64,000 bases of DNA from an uncultured Clostridia bacterium. GTDB taxonomy: Bacteria > Bacillota > Clostridia > TANB77 > CAG-508. Every line of letters begins with the position of its first letter. Within the stretch, counting starts at the first letter, position 1. The position numbers were made by a program, and so were the translations under genes. This document shows, piece by piece, positions 1 through 10,037 of this stretch. The stretch is taken from NCBI GenBank assembly GCA_904387305.1, contig CAJFLB010000002.1, forward strand, positions 14,761 to 78,760, written 5' to 3'. The notes below the pieces were generated by a model. The model saw only the letters and a program-made list of their open reading frames with translations, searched no databases and was not told the DNA's origin.

Positions 1-739
1 TTTTGTATTCTTCATCTAAATATTGATTATACACAATATCTGGGTATTTCATCATCATAGTTTTAAACTGATTCATATATATTTTTACTAAATCTTTTAT
101 TGAAACTGTCTCTATGGTATATTGATTATACTGATTTTTTTCAATGCTTGTAATTGACTCTTTTACTACAATATCATCTATACTATTAATTTTGTCTGCA
201 ACAGGCTCAATACAAAATGTTTTGTTTTCATTATCTATTTTTATAATATAATATTTTTCTTCCAAACGCGAATTACGTATATCTTCTATATATATGTTTG
301 TTATATATACAATCATATTTTGATCATATCTTACTTTCATACTAATTGGAACGATATTATATGAATAATCTATGAATTCAACCTGAAGATTGTCTTGACT
401 TAAATCATTTTCATTTACATATGTTATATCTAATAAGCTTAGAATGGCTTCACGTTGTTGTTCCAAACTTTCTATACGATATCTATCTGTTTCTATCACA
501 TTATCACGATTATATGATAAAATTTGAATATATTCACTTAAAGAGTTAATAACTGAAAAAAATACATTTGAATCTTTTACTATTTGAAACCCATTCTGGT
601 TACTTTCAAATTGAATTCCAGCATCTTCTGTTTCTTCTTGTGTATCCGTATTAAGTCTTGTCAGTATGATAGCCATTATGGCTATCATACTGACAATTAT
701 TAAAAGACATATTATTAATATTTTTTTATATTTTTTCAT
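1..739 (-). CDS. Partial CDS running off the window start. N-terminally membrane-anchored hypothetical protein at the distal side of the T4SS island.
   Basis: Reverse-strand ATG at 739 sits 8 nt after an AGGAGT SD. Translation MKKYKKILIICLLIIVSMIAIMAIIL... stays open to position 1. One N-terminal TM helix. Same strand as the T4SS operon. Confidence 0.5.
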   Translation of the reverse strand, partial: MKKYKKILIICLLIIVSMIAIMAIILTRLNTDTQEETEDAGIQFESNQNGFQIVKDSNVFFSVINSLSEYIQILSYNRDNVIETDRYRIESLEQQREAILSLLDITYVNENDLSQDNLQVEFIDYSYNIVPISMKVRYDQNMIVYITNIYIEDIRNSRLEEKYYIIKIDNENKTFCIEPVADKINSIDDIVVKESITSIEKNQYNQYTIETVSIKDLVKIYMNQFKTMMMKYPDIVYNQYLDEEYK

Positions 740-750
740 ATTTCATACTC

Positions 751-3700
751 CTAATTTGTAAATCTAAACACATTTGTAAATCTGCTTGATGCTCCTGATG
801 AAATTTTAACTACATCTCCCGTTTGTGGTGCATGTATAAATTCATCATTTCCCAGATATATTCCCATATGATGATCATTCCATACAATATCTCCTGGTTG
901 TGCTTCACTCCATGACACCTCATTACTTGTACCTAAATAAGGTGGATATCCATATGTAGTACGAGGTAGAGAAATACCTACTTGTTGATATACCCAATAT
1001 ACTAATCCAGAACAATCAAAAGTATCTGGTCCTGTTGCGCCCCAAACATATGGACATCCTAATTTCGTTCTAGCAATTTCAACAATTTCAGAATTTCCTT
1101 GAGAACTTCCTCCTGATGAACCATTTTGCTTAAATTGAGCATACCACTCCTGCGCATATTGATATCTTGTGGCAGTCTCTCCTCTGGAAGATGGCCATGA
1201 ACCAATAAAAAATATTTCAAAATGTCTTCCCCAGTACCAAGTTGCATACTCTAAGTCATCTTCGGTCGTAGCATTCATAATAACATCTTTTACCCCTGTA
1301 TAGCCAGTATTTAACTCTTGCCACATATATTCTAATTGTGTTTCTACATCTGTCCAATCTGTACCTCTTGAGTCAGCTAATGCTCTTAAACCATCTAATC
1401 TACCACCTAGCCACTGGCATAAACCTGTAGCTCCTATTGAATTGACAACAGTTGGATCAAATGAACTTTCTCCTTGTATATTTCCTAAAATGGCTGCAGC
1501 TCCTACGGCTGGAACACCTTTTCCTAGTAAGAAATCATATATTTGTCCTGGTATTCCATCTATTCCACTAGTTCCAGAAGTAGATTCATTGTTGGTTTCA
1601 AAGTTTGCTGGATCAAAGATACTCCAATCAAATTCTTCATCTGGATTCCAAAATCTGGTCTTATTTGATACCTTATAAAATAAATATTTTGTTAAATCTA
1701 CCATATTCTCGGTAGTTTCGTGGCTTTCTAATAAGTCAAATACCAACCTAGAACCATCTATAAGGTAATTTTTAGCCTTTCGATGTTTCCATGATGATAA
1801 AATTGTAACAAAATTTGGTTCTTCTGAATCCTTATCTGTCTTTTCTTCAATATTAGGTGGTGATGCTATATATTGATTTCTTTCTACTGTATTTGTAATG
1901 CTTTCATGTCTATTAACAGTTGCATAATATATTCTTTCTGTTACAGATGTAACTGCTCCATCTACATATTCATAAGTATCTGTCCATCTAGCCATCTCAC
2001 TTTGCAATAAAGCATTTGCATGTCCATATGTATCTGATCCTGTTCTTGTTTCATTTGGTGTAGCTGGATATGGCATCTCTTCTAAATCATTTTCTGTATT
2101 TGTTACAGTAGCTTCTGGTGTAGAATATGTATAGTTTCTAGTATAATTTACAATCCAAACATCTGCTTTTGTTAATTGAATATCTAACGTATTTGTGCTG
2201 GTAATCATTGTATGTGTTGTCGTATAATTTGTACTCTCTTCATCTATCCAAGGTCCTCCTGAAGCGCTATATCTATTTGCATCAGATGGAGAACTACCAT
2301 ATAAAACCGTTACAGTTGCCATCGTTTCTGTTTTTGTTTTCTCAGTATATGTATATACATTTACATTTGTATTGACTGTTAAATTATCATGTACTGTTAT
2401 TTCTATTTCACTATTATACACTAAATCTGCTAATTCTAATACAAAATCTTGCTCCTCGCTCATAACTAATAAAACCCATAAATAGTAAAATGGCATCGTA
2501 TATCCACTTACAAAGTCTTGAAAATTAACATTAGTTGTTGTCATACGATATGTTGTGGTTGAATATGTTTCAACATCTGGATCATTTGATTCTACTGTAT
2601 CTGTCACACTATTCCAGGTAGCTACTTTTGCATAGAACACTGTCGTTGTGGTACTATCTGAAGAATCTCCACTACCACTGCCTATTCCAATTCCACCAGT
2701 ACCATTTCCCATTCCATTATTATATTTAAAACTTAATGGATCGATAGGCTCTCCATTATATTCGATTTGAAAATGAAGGTGTGGTCCTGTTGAAATTCCT
2801 GTACTTCCAGATATCGCAATTACTTGTCCTTTTTCAACCGTATCTCCTGCTGAAACATTTACTTGACTATTATGCATATATTTTGAAACATAACCATTTC
2901 CATGGTCAATCGTTACCATGTATCCCGCTGAATCACTCCATCCTGCCGTTGTTACTTGTCCAGCTTCCATAGCACATACATTTGAACCTGATGGAACTCC
3001 TATATCAATTCCTTTGTGATTATAAGATGCTCCTTCTGTTGGAGAATTCCTATATCCAAAGTTTGAGCTTATTCTTGTACTCGTAGTTGGCCAATATAAA
3101 ATATCTTCACCAGTACTATCATCTGAATTATCATCTGAATCATCTGAGTCATCAGAATTACTACCGATAACCGCTTCTGCAATATTTTCTACCCAAGTAT
3201 TATAATCTGTTAAATGAACACCATCTGATGTCTTATCATCTTGCAAATATCCATCTGATGTGACATATCCTTCAGTTGTATCTATAAAATATACATTTTG
3301 TTTACTCTCACAGTATTGTTGGATATCTGCATTATATGCATCAATCATAGAATTCATTTCATCTGGTGTATATAAAAATCCAGACCCATTTCTTCCAAGA
3401 GGAAAAACTTTTTGTATGTAGATATTTTTTCCGCTATATTTTACCACTAATCTATCTATAAGTTCCTTCATCTGTTCTTGACTTGTAGGATTATTAACCC
3501 CTAATAATACACATACACTATTTACTTCACTTGTATCTGGAAGACTATCAATTCTTTGTAGCCAATGATATGCATATGTAGAAGGTTCAGCACTAAATAA
3601 ACTATTTTGTAATAATTCTATATTCTCATCACTTAACCAATATGTTGATGTGTGTGCTTGATCTAATCCATGTGTTATGGAATCTCCTATAAATAACATT

Positions 3701-4350
3701 CCATCAAGAGACTCGACTTTTCCCTCTTCTCTTGAATTACCTGTATTTTCATTTCTAACCACTCTACTTTCTATTGTAAAATGACTAAGTGCTTCGTTTC
3801 TATCAGCTTCAGATCCACTCACATTATAATTATCAATGTAAGTTTGAAAAGTTTCTGGATCCACATATGTCATAGTAGAAGTCGTTCCATCTGCTTGTGC
3901 TCTCTTTAATTTAATAATACCTTGTACTTCATTAGAATTAACATCTGCTATTGCTTCCCAATCAATCGGTTCATCTGGATTTGGTCTTGTATCCAAATAT
4001 TGTGTAACAAGTTCTGCATTCATTAATTTTTGTAATTCTTCTGGTCCATCAAGATATACACTTACTCTACTTCCTTCACTTATTAATTTATCCCATAACT
4101 CTTGTGCTGTCATATTTGTTGTTATCTTGCCATCTGTTCCAATAGAAATATTGTGTGTATATTGACTAGCACCAAATGGTGTATTGCTCCAATCATCGTC
4201 TTTAAAACTTCCATCATCTTTTTTATTTACATACCATGCTGCTGGAAAAAGAATAATAACTATTAATGACATTACTAATGCTATTTTTAAAAAAAGCGTC
4301 GCTTTTCTTTTCAAATCAATTTTTGTTTCATTTTTTACTTCATCATCCAT
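751..4350 (-). CDS. Giant secreted/anchored peptidoglycan hydrolase with four catalytic modules: SGNH/GDSL-like (GDSITHG), M23/LytM peptidase (HxxxD...HLHF), lysozyme-like muramidase (GNIQGESSFDP...GLCQW) and C-terminal NlpC/P60 (Cys...His...His). CwlT/VirB1 functional analogue of Gram-positive conjugation systems.
   Basis: 1199-aa ORF. N-terminal TM. Motifs read directly: LFIGDSITHG; GIDIGVPSGSNVCAMEAGQV...GPHLHFQ; AAILGNIQGESSFDP...GLCQWLGGR; GCPYVWGATGPDTFDCSGLVYWV...HHMGIYLG...HAP. Acidic SDDSDDSDD linker and a Thr-rich stretch. Confidence 0.75.
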   Translation of the reverse strand: MDDEVKNETKIDLKRKATLFLKIALVMSLIVIILFPAAWYVNKKDDGSFKDDDWSNTPFGASQYTHNISIGTDGKITTNMTAQELWDKLISEGSRVSVYLDGPEELQKLMNAELVTQYLDTRPNPDEPIDWEAIADVNSNEVQGIIKLKRAQADGTTSTMTYVDPETFQTYIDNYNVSGSEADRNEALSHFTIESRVVRNENTGNSREEGKVESLDGMLFIGDSITHGLDQAHTSTYWLSDENIELLQNSLFSAEPSTYAYHWLQRIDSLPDTSEVNSVCVLLGVNNPTSQEQMKELIDRLVVKYSGKNIYIQKVFPLGRNGSGFLYTPDEMNSMIDAYNADIQQYCESKQNVYFIDTTEGYVTSDGYLQDDKTSDGVHLTDYNTWVENIAEAVIGSNSDDSDDSDDNSDDSTGEDILYWPTTSTRISSNFGYRNSPTEGASYNHKGIDIGVPSGSNVCAMEAGQVTTAGWSDSAGYMVTIDHGNGYVSKYMHNSQVNVSAGDTVEKGQVIAISGSTGISTGPHLHFQIEYNGEPIDPLSFKYNNGMGNGTGGIGIGSGSGDSSDSTTTTVFYAKVATWNSVTDTVESNDPDVETYSTTTYRMTTTNVNFQDFVSGYTMPFYYLWVLLVMSEEQDFVLELADLVYNSEIEITVHDNLTVNTNVNVYTYTEKTKTETMATVTVLYGSSPSDANRYSASGGPWIDEESTNYTTTHTMITSTNTLDIQLTKADVWIVNYTRNYTYSTPEATVTNTENDLEEMPYPATPNETRTGSDTYGHANALLQSEMARWTDTYEYVDGAVTSVTERIYYATVNRHESITNTVERNQYIASPPNIEEKTDKDSEEPNFVTILSSWKHRKAKNYLIDGSRLVFDLLESHETTENMVDLTKYLFYKVSNKTRFWNPDEEFDWSIFDPANFETNNESTSGTSGIDGIPGQIYDFLLGKGVPAVGAAAILGNIQGESSFDPTVVNSIGATGLCQWLGGRLDGLRALADSRGTDWTDVETQLEYMWQELNTGYTGVKDVIMNATTEDDLEYATWYWGRHFEIFFIGSWPSSRGETATRYQYAQEWYAQFKQNGSSGGSSQGNSEIVEIARTKLGCPYVWGATGPDTFDCSGLVYWVYQQVGISLPRTTYGYPPYLGTSNEVSWSEAQPGDIVWNDHHMGIYLGNDEFIHAPQTGDVVKISSGASSRFTNVFRFTN

Positions 4351-4370
4351 ACTATTCTCCTATTTTAGTA

Positions 4371-5345
4371 CTATATTTCTATTTGAAAATTACCATACCT
4401 ATTATAGAAACTCTTATTTTGTAAAGTAACATATGTCTCATTATCTAATATCATCCTAGAGAAAACAAGTTTATCAATTCGTTTTTCAGAACCATATCTG
4501 CAATAATATTTTATTTCTAATTCTCTTGTCTCTCTAGGGTTTATTGTAAGTTGTGCTTTACTTAATTCATGTGTATATGCTGCATATTGAATTCCATTAT
4601 CATCTTCAATATACATAGCCTCTATATTTACTCCATCATCTAATACAATTGTATTGTCAGAATTATTTGTAATTTTAATTTTATATTTTTGATAATCCAT
4701 ATAACTATCTTCTTCTTGTACTTCTATTGTTATATTATCTTGTTCTTTAGATTTCTTTATTTCTTCTCTTCCAATATATCCATTAATATTTAATTGATAT
4801 TGTCCATCTTTTTCTACTACAGTTATATGGTCTTGAATTGTATTTTCTTTAGAATATTTACCTGTTGATAAAAAATCTTCATTTATATTTACCTTATATA
4901 TGTTACTTATCCAATTTTCAACTGTTACATTTTTTGTTTCATTGTTAAATACTTGATTATAATAACTTTGTTGAAAATCTTCTAACGTAGGATACATTTC
5001 TTCTTTGCACTCTTGTGTTAATAAATCATAGGCTTCTTGCAAATTTCCATTATTACAAAAACTAATAAAGTTATCAATTATCCCCACTTGTGTTTTCTGT
5101 CCTTCAGAAATTGGATTTCCCGTCAAACTTGAGTTGGCATCATCTACTCGTACACTATTCAAATTATCATTAATCATAGTTGTATTCGTAATACTTTGTA
5201 TATCCGCATTTCTTAACTCTTTTTCGTTCTGCCTCTTATAAAAATAATTAATTAGCTGTATAAGTCCAATAATGATGGCAACTATCGCTATATATTTCCA
5301 TATTTTTTTCCTATTTTGATTATACCATCTAACAAATCTATTCAT
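4371..5345 (-). CDS. Membrane-anchored (N-terminal TM) extracytoplasmic protein. Possible VirB8/TcpC-like T4SS component.
   Basis: 324-aa ORF tightly packed in the operon. One TM near the N-terminus followed by a ~280-aa soluble domain. Architecture only, no motif recognised. Confidence 0.35.
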   Translation of the reverse strand: MNRFVRWYNQNRKKIWKYIAIVAIIIGLIQLINYFYKRQNEKELRNADIQSITNTTMINDNLNSVRVDDANSSLTGNPISEGQKTQVGIIDNFISFCNNGNLQEAYDLLTQECKEEMYPTLEDFQQSYYNQVFNNETKNVTVENWISNIYKVNINEDFLSTGKYSKENTIQDHITVVEKDGQYQLNINGYIGREEIKKSKEQDNITIEVQEEDSYMDYQKYKIKITNNSDNTIVLDDGVNIEAMYIEDDNGIQYAAYTHELSKAQLTINPRETRELEIKYYCRYGSEKRIDKLVFSRMILDNETYVTLQNKSFYNRYGNFQIEI

Positions 5346-5357
5346 TGCTATTTTCTC

Positions 5358-6743
5358 CTATTCTATACTAAATGACATGACAAAATCTGTTCCTTCTAAT
5401 AATTTCATAATAATAGTAATGTTTTTCTGTTCTGACTGGTCTTCTGCTGCATTTTTTATTTTTGCTCTATATATATATGTATCTCCTTCTTCAGAAAATT
5501 CTAAATATTCTATGTCATTTTCCTCATAAAAGTTTTCTTTCATATATACTCTAAAGTTTTCTAAACTTCCATATGTATTATTTCTAAACGTTTCATCTAA
5601 TCTATTATATACATATCTATAATCTCCATCATTTATAGCATCTAATACTTTTTCTACATTCATTCCAACTTTTGTTGATATATCTGCTGGATCATACTTT
5701 TGTGTAAAATCTATTAGGTCAACCGTATATGTGTCTAAAATAACACTATAATCTGTTAAAGATCTTTCAATAAAAATATAATAATGATCATTTGCATCTA
5801 AACACACATATTCTTTATATTCTTCAAATTGATTAATTAGATATTTCGATAAATAGTTACTTTTCAAACTATCATAATTTTGTTCTACATATTCTGTAAA
5901 TTCTTGCTGACTTTCATATTTATTTTCTCTATATTCTTTATCTAACATGTCATATGCAGATTCTACTTGATGTAATAATTTGGTTTGATATTCTGAAAAA
6001 TATTGATTAACTATATATTGATCATTAGTGTTTACATAATCAAAATGATTATAATTATTGGATGTCACACTGTTTGTATCAATTTCTATTTTTGCTATTT
6101 GTGTATCTTTGTTATATTCTCTACTATTCAAATATTCTTGTCCAAACATAGAATATGTATCATTTTGCATATCTAACTTAATAAGTAAATTTTCTTCTAT
6201 ATCATTTATTGTAAATTTTGTTAAAATCAATTTTATTTGAGTTGATATATCTCCTTCATATATTTCTTCTATTTTTAGATTATAATTTACATTTTTCGTA
6301 TAATCTCCTTGCTGTATATATTCTTGTACAGCCTCACGAATACTGTCTTCTGTAAGCTTTACCTCTTCTACATATTGTTCATCAAACATATGATATATGG
6401 CATCAATCGCTTCTTCTTCTAATATTGTAATAATTTCTTCTCTGGATTGTTGTAGTTTTCCAGTTTCAATATATTCATCACCATTTGCTTCTTTGATCAT
6501 GGTTATATAATTATTCAATATTCCTTTTACTGTATAATATATATCATAATTCTCCACTTGTTTAAATGTTTGTGGTGACGAAGTTTCCACCGTTTCATTT
6601 ATCTGCTGTGATGAATTTGCATTTTCAGTTCCTTGCGTATTTCTTTGAAAAAGAAGGATACATATTATTCCTATCATTATAAAAAAAATGACAAGTAATA
6701 ATATAATTTTCATCTTTTTATTTGAATTTCCTAATTTTCTCAC
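5358..6743 (-). CDS. Membrane-anchored acidic hypothetical protein of the T4SS operon.
   Basis: 461-aa ORF with an N-terminal hydrophobic segment and an Asp/Glu/Tyr-rich ectodomain. Operon context. Confidence 0.4.
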   Translation of the reverse strand: MRKLGNSNKKMKIILLLVIFFIMIGIICILLFQRNTQGTENANSSQQINETVETSSPQTFKQVENYDIYYTVKGILNNYITMIKEANGDEYIETGKLQQSREEIITILEEEAIDAIYHMFDEQYVEEVKLTEDSIREAVQEYIQQGDYTKNVNYNLKIEEIYEGDISTQIKLILTKFTINDIEENLLIKLDMQNDTYSMFGQEYLNSREYNKDTQIAKIEIDTNSVTSNNYNHFDYVNTNDQYIVNQYFSEYQTKLLHQVESAYDMLDKEYRENKYESQQEFTEYVEQNYDSLKSNYLSKYLINQFEEYKEYVCLDANDHYYIFIERSLTDYSVILDTYTVDLIDFTQKYDPADISTKVGMNVEKVLDAINDGDYRYVYNRLDETFRNNTYGSLENFRVYMKENFYEENDIEYLEFSEEGDTYIYRAKIKNAAEDQSEQKNITIIMKLLEGTDFVMSFSIE

Positions 6744-6855
6744 ATTATCCTCCTTGCTTATCCTACATCTCTAAATTTATATTTATTAAAATGAAAACTA
6801 TATGATTATAAATTGTATGTTTATATAACCATATAGTTTTCCCTCCTTTTTATCT

Positions 6856-9555
6856 CTAATGTAAATTTTTCTTTATTTTATCAAAATCTGTGGTTAAACC
6901 TGTAATTCTATTTGCTTTCTCTTTTGCTCTTTGTTCGCTTGCACCAGCTTTTTGGAATTGTTCTGTATATCCTCCTCTTATATCTTTCTTATCTTTGTCT
7001 TTTTGTCTATCGATATCTCCATATTTGTCATGTGCATCAAACACTAATAAAGCATCATTAAAGCTTATATCATCATTTTGCTCTTGTAATTTTTCCAATG
7101 CAGCAATATCTTTTGGACTTGTAACTTCATTTTTTAAATACTTATCAATTTTTCCACTCTTATATAACTCTTTAGTCTTTTCTACTCCCAATTGTCCTTC
7201 TATAACTTCTCTCTTCTTTTCATCTTTTTTCCACTTCTTTATTCTTTCTTCTGCTAAATGTCTATCATAATCTTCTCCCCAAAAAGCTCTTTCTCTTGCA
7301 ATTTGTGCTGCTGATTTTGTTTGTGTTGGTGGATTCGTATCTATTCTTGAAGCTCCTAAAGCTCCTCCTGCAAGAGCTGCTCCTCCTGCAAATGAAGCTG
7401 CTTTACTTGGATCTCCTGTTGCAATACCAATGGTTGCTCCTGCAACTGCTGCTGTTGCCCCCAATGCTGCTCCTGCTGCTAATTTTGCTCCTGTTCTAAT
7501 AGCCTTTGGTGCCACTTGTTTTAATTTTCTAGGCATTTGTTTTGTTGCTGTAAATTTTGCAGTTCTTCCTAATCTTTGTAAAAAGGCTTTATTTTCTGCA
7601 GCATTTGCACTCATTCTATCTCTGACTCCTTGTGGTCTACGTATCGTTTGCCTACTTCCATTTGCTTGCTGTGGAGCCCTTGCTTGGCTTCTATTACTAT
7701 TTGAATTTAATCTAATTGGTGTATTATCCTCTTCCTCTTCATCACCATCTTCTTCATCTGTTGGATTTGTATTTCCATTCATAGCAAATCTGATTGGTCC
7801 ATTATTATCTTCATCTGTTGGATTTACATTTTCACGTGTATTTAATCTACTTTGCTCATCATGATTTTGTGCATCATCCCCATTATTCGTATCTCCCATT
7901 AATTCAGCAATATCTTCATCTGAATATCCAGAATCTCTTAATATTTGTTCATATTCTTCATCAGAATATTGCCTTCCTCCGTCATTTCTATATGCTTCTC
8001 GTGCCATTTGATCCCTTTCCGCCGGATCCCAATCTTCTGTACCATAATTATCATCATAAGCATCTAGCATGGCTTGTTGGGCTGTTTCTCCCTCACCGTT
8101 TTCACTATCTTCCTCATTATTATCATTATGTCCCATTCTTAGTAATGCATTATCATCCTCATCTTCTTCATTATTAGCATTCCATCCTATTCTAGGTGAT
8201 GAACTATTCTCATCATCTGAATCGTTACCACCTTTTCCTTTACCATTGCTTCCTCCTGGTTTCCTATGTAAGACTTTTTGTAAGCCTGAATTCAACATAG
8301 CAGCCCCTGCAGCTGCACCTGCAAAAGAACCTGGTGTACTTGCTTTTTCGAATCCGAAGAAACTACGCATCAATTTTTCTGCTGGAATCATAAATCCGAT
8401 AGCTACTAAAGAATATACTACATTTGTTGATGCTAATTCATAAGCTGATGTTACTAGTACAGTATATAGCAATAAATGTAATGGCTGTAACAATAAATTG
8501 AATATATATTCTTTTAACCATCTATTAAATCCTTGTGCTTGTCCATCACTTATCTTATCTATAGGATATGTTAAAGCAACTAATGGTGCTATCATTGTTA
8601 AAAAAGCCATATATAGTACCCTTCTTAAATATACAAATGTAAAATATACTGTAAATAGTACTAACATAACATAACATAATCCATATCCAACAAAAGCCAT
8701 ATCTCCATAACTAACTTGTGCTTTTAATCTTAACATTCCCATCAAGTTCGTTGGCCAGATAATTTGCGCTGGATTTGTACTCTCATCAACCAAATTAGCC
8801 ATACCTAACTCTTTTAATTTATCTGAAATATATTTATCATCATCATCTTCCATTAGTACGACTTGGTCAAAACCGTCAAGATGACCTAGTTCTCCATTTC
8901 CATCTACATTTCTTATCGCATCTTCTAAATCAACTACACTTGGTTGTGTTGTGGCAATAATATCATTAAACGCTTCAACAATTTCTACTGAAAAGACCAT
9001 GATATAATGCATAAAAAACAATAAACATACACCTACCACCCAATCAAAAAGCATTTGCTTATATTTTGCTTTTTCTTGTGATACAGATGCTAATAACATT
9101 CTGATTCCTACATATAGTAATACTGACATAGATGCTACAATTGCAATATTTCTGATGGCACTATACCATTGACTAACTAATGGTTGTAAATCTAAAGCAG
9201 TATTTTGTCTTGAGGTAATAACTTCCTCTCCATCTTCATTTATATAGAAATAATATTTTACTTTTTCTTCTATCGTTGTGGATGTTGCATTTCCAGCATC
9301 GTCATGCCCTGTTTCTGGCTCTTCATCAGTATGATCTATGTACTCCATTAATTCATCTGTAACTAAAATAATTCTTCCTTCTTCTGTTTCAGTTCTAGTT
9401 TCTATTTGCCCTGCTAGGTAATATGTTGTTATTGTTCTCGTTATCTCTGTTTTTGCATATACACTTCTTTGCGGATTAAAAAAATTAACATCAAATAATA
9501 AAATCTGTCCACTAAATATTTCCTCTGGTGAAAGTGAAAATAATGGCAAAAACAT
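6856..9555 (-). CDS. VirB6/TrbL-like polytopic membrane protein with a long disordered Asp/Glu/Asn/Gly-rich insert, an Ala-rich hydrophobic segment and a Lys/Glu-rich C-terminus.
   Basis: 899-aa ORF. 6 or more predicted TM helices in the N-terminal half. Sits between the VirB4-like gene and the hydrolase genes, as VirB6 homologues do in Firmicutes T4SS loci. Confidence 0.5.
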   Translation of the reverse strand: MFLPLFSLSPEEIFSGQILLFDVNFFNPQRSVYAKTEITRTITTYYLAGQIETRTETEEGRIILVTDELMEYIDHTDEEPETGHDDAGNATSTTIEEKVKYYFYINEDGEEVITSRQNTALDLQPLVSQWYSAIRNIAIVASMSVLLYVGIRMLLASVSQEKAKYKQMLFDWVVGVCLLFFMHYIMVFSVEIVEAFNDIIATTQPSVVDLEDAIRNVDGNGELGHLDGFDQVVLMEDDDDKYISDKLKELGMANLVDESTNPAQIIWPTNLMGMLRLKAQVSYGDMAFVGYGLCYVMLVLFTVYFTFVYLRRVLYMAFLTMIAPLVALTYPIDKISDGQAQGFNRWLKEYIFNLLLQPLHLLLYTVLVTSAYELASTNVVYSLVAIGFMIPAEKLMRSFFGFEKASTPGSFAGAAAGAAMLNSGLQKVLHRKPGGSNGKGKGGNDSDDENSSSPRIGWNANNEEDEDDNALLRMGHNDNNEEDSENGEGETAQQAMLDAYDDNYGTEDWDPAERDQMAREAYRNDGGRQYSDEEYEQILRDSGYSDEDIAELMGDTNNGDDAQNHDEQSRLNTRENVNPTDEDNNGPIRFAMNGNTNPTDEEDGDEEEEDNTPIRLNSNSNRSQARAPQQANGSRQTIRRPQGVRDRMSANAAENKAFLQRLGRTAKFTATKQMPRKLKQVAPKAIRTGAKLAAGAALGATAAVAGATIGIATGDPSKAASFAGGAALAGGALGASRIDTNPPTQTKSAAQIARERAFWGEDYDRHLAEERIKKWKKDEKKREVIEGQLGVEKTKELYKSGKIDKYLKNEVTSPKDIAALEKLQEQNDDISFNDALLVFDAHDKYGDIDRQKDKDKKDIRGGYTEQFQKAGASEQRAKEKANRITGLTTDFDKIKKNLH

Positions 9556-9556
9556 C

Positions 9557-9862
9557 CTATCCGAATATCCGACTTGCCAATAAAGACGAAGCTGCTGCTA
9601 TTGTACTTCCTACTATAATGACAGATGTTAAACCTGAAGCAGCTAAAAAGGTCCCAACAGCTTTGACAGCTCCCCATATTACTGAAAGAGTAGCTGGTGT
9701 AAAAGCAACAATTAAAGCCACAACGGCAACTGCTGCCGCAATTACTGCTAAAACTTTTAGTAGCGTCTGCCACCATGGTGTATCTGGATCTAAATCGACA
9801 TCTATTCCAATCTCACTTTGTTCCATGATAACTTCATGCAAGATTGTATTGGCTCCGGTCAC
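9557..9862 (-). CDS. Small membrane protein with two hydrophobic helices. No canonical ATG start; GTG assumed.
   Basis: 101-aa ORF. Ala/Val-rich TM segments. Confidence 0.3.
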   Translation of the reverse strand: MTGANTILHEVIMEQSEIGIDVDLDPDTPWWQTLLKVLAVIAAAVAVVALIVAFTPATLSVIWGAVKAVGTFLAASGLTSVIIVGSTIAAASSLLASRIFG

Positions 9863-10037
9863 CTAATGCAACAATTAAAGAAACAATTGGACTCAATAAT
9901 ACACCACCAACTCCATCATCATCTGTTGCTTGCACTGGTGTTGCTAATCCAAATTGGAAAAACAGTACCATAAGGAGCATAATCGCTATTTTTTTCAAAA
10001 CTTTCTTATTTTCAAAAATTTTCATTTTTTCCTCCAA
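9834..10037 (-). CDS. Small signal-peptide/TM protein immediately downstream of the VirB4-like gene. Overlaps the next ORF by 29 nt.
   Basis: 67-aa ORF: MKIFENKKVLKKIAIMLLMVLFFQFGLATPVQA then one hydrophobic helix. Confidence 0.25.
   Translation of the reverse strand: MEEKMKIFENKKVLKKIAIMLLMVLFFQFGLATPVQATDDDGVGGVLLSPIVSLIVALGDRSQYNLA

Noticed and set aside
7296-8443. Plus-strand ORFs (67-144 aa) inside the 899-aa VirB6-like gene, and similar antisense ORFs inside mnmE (23106..24053), mnmG (20892..21394), gyrB, gyrA, the hydrolase and VanW (60246..60566).
   Set aside because: These are shadow ORFs opposite long genes. They have low-complexity Leu/Ser/Phe-rich products, no RBS and extensive overlap with well-supported genes.
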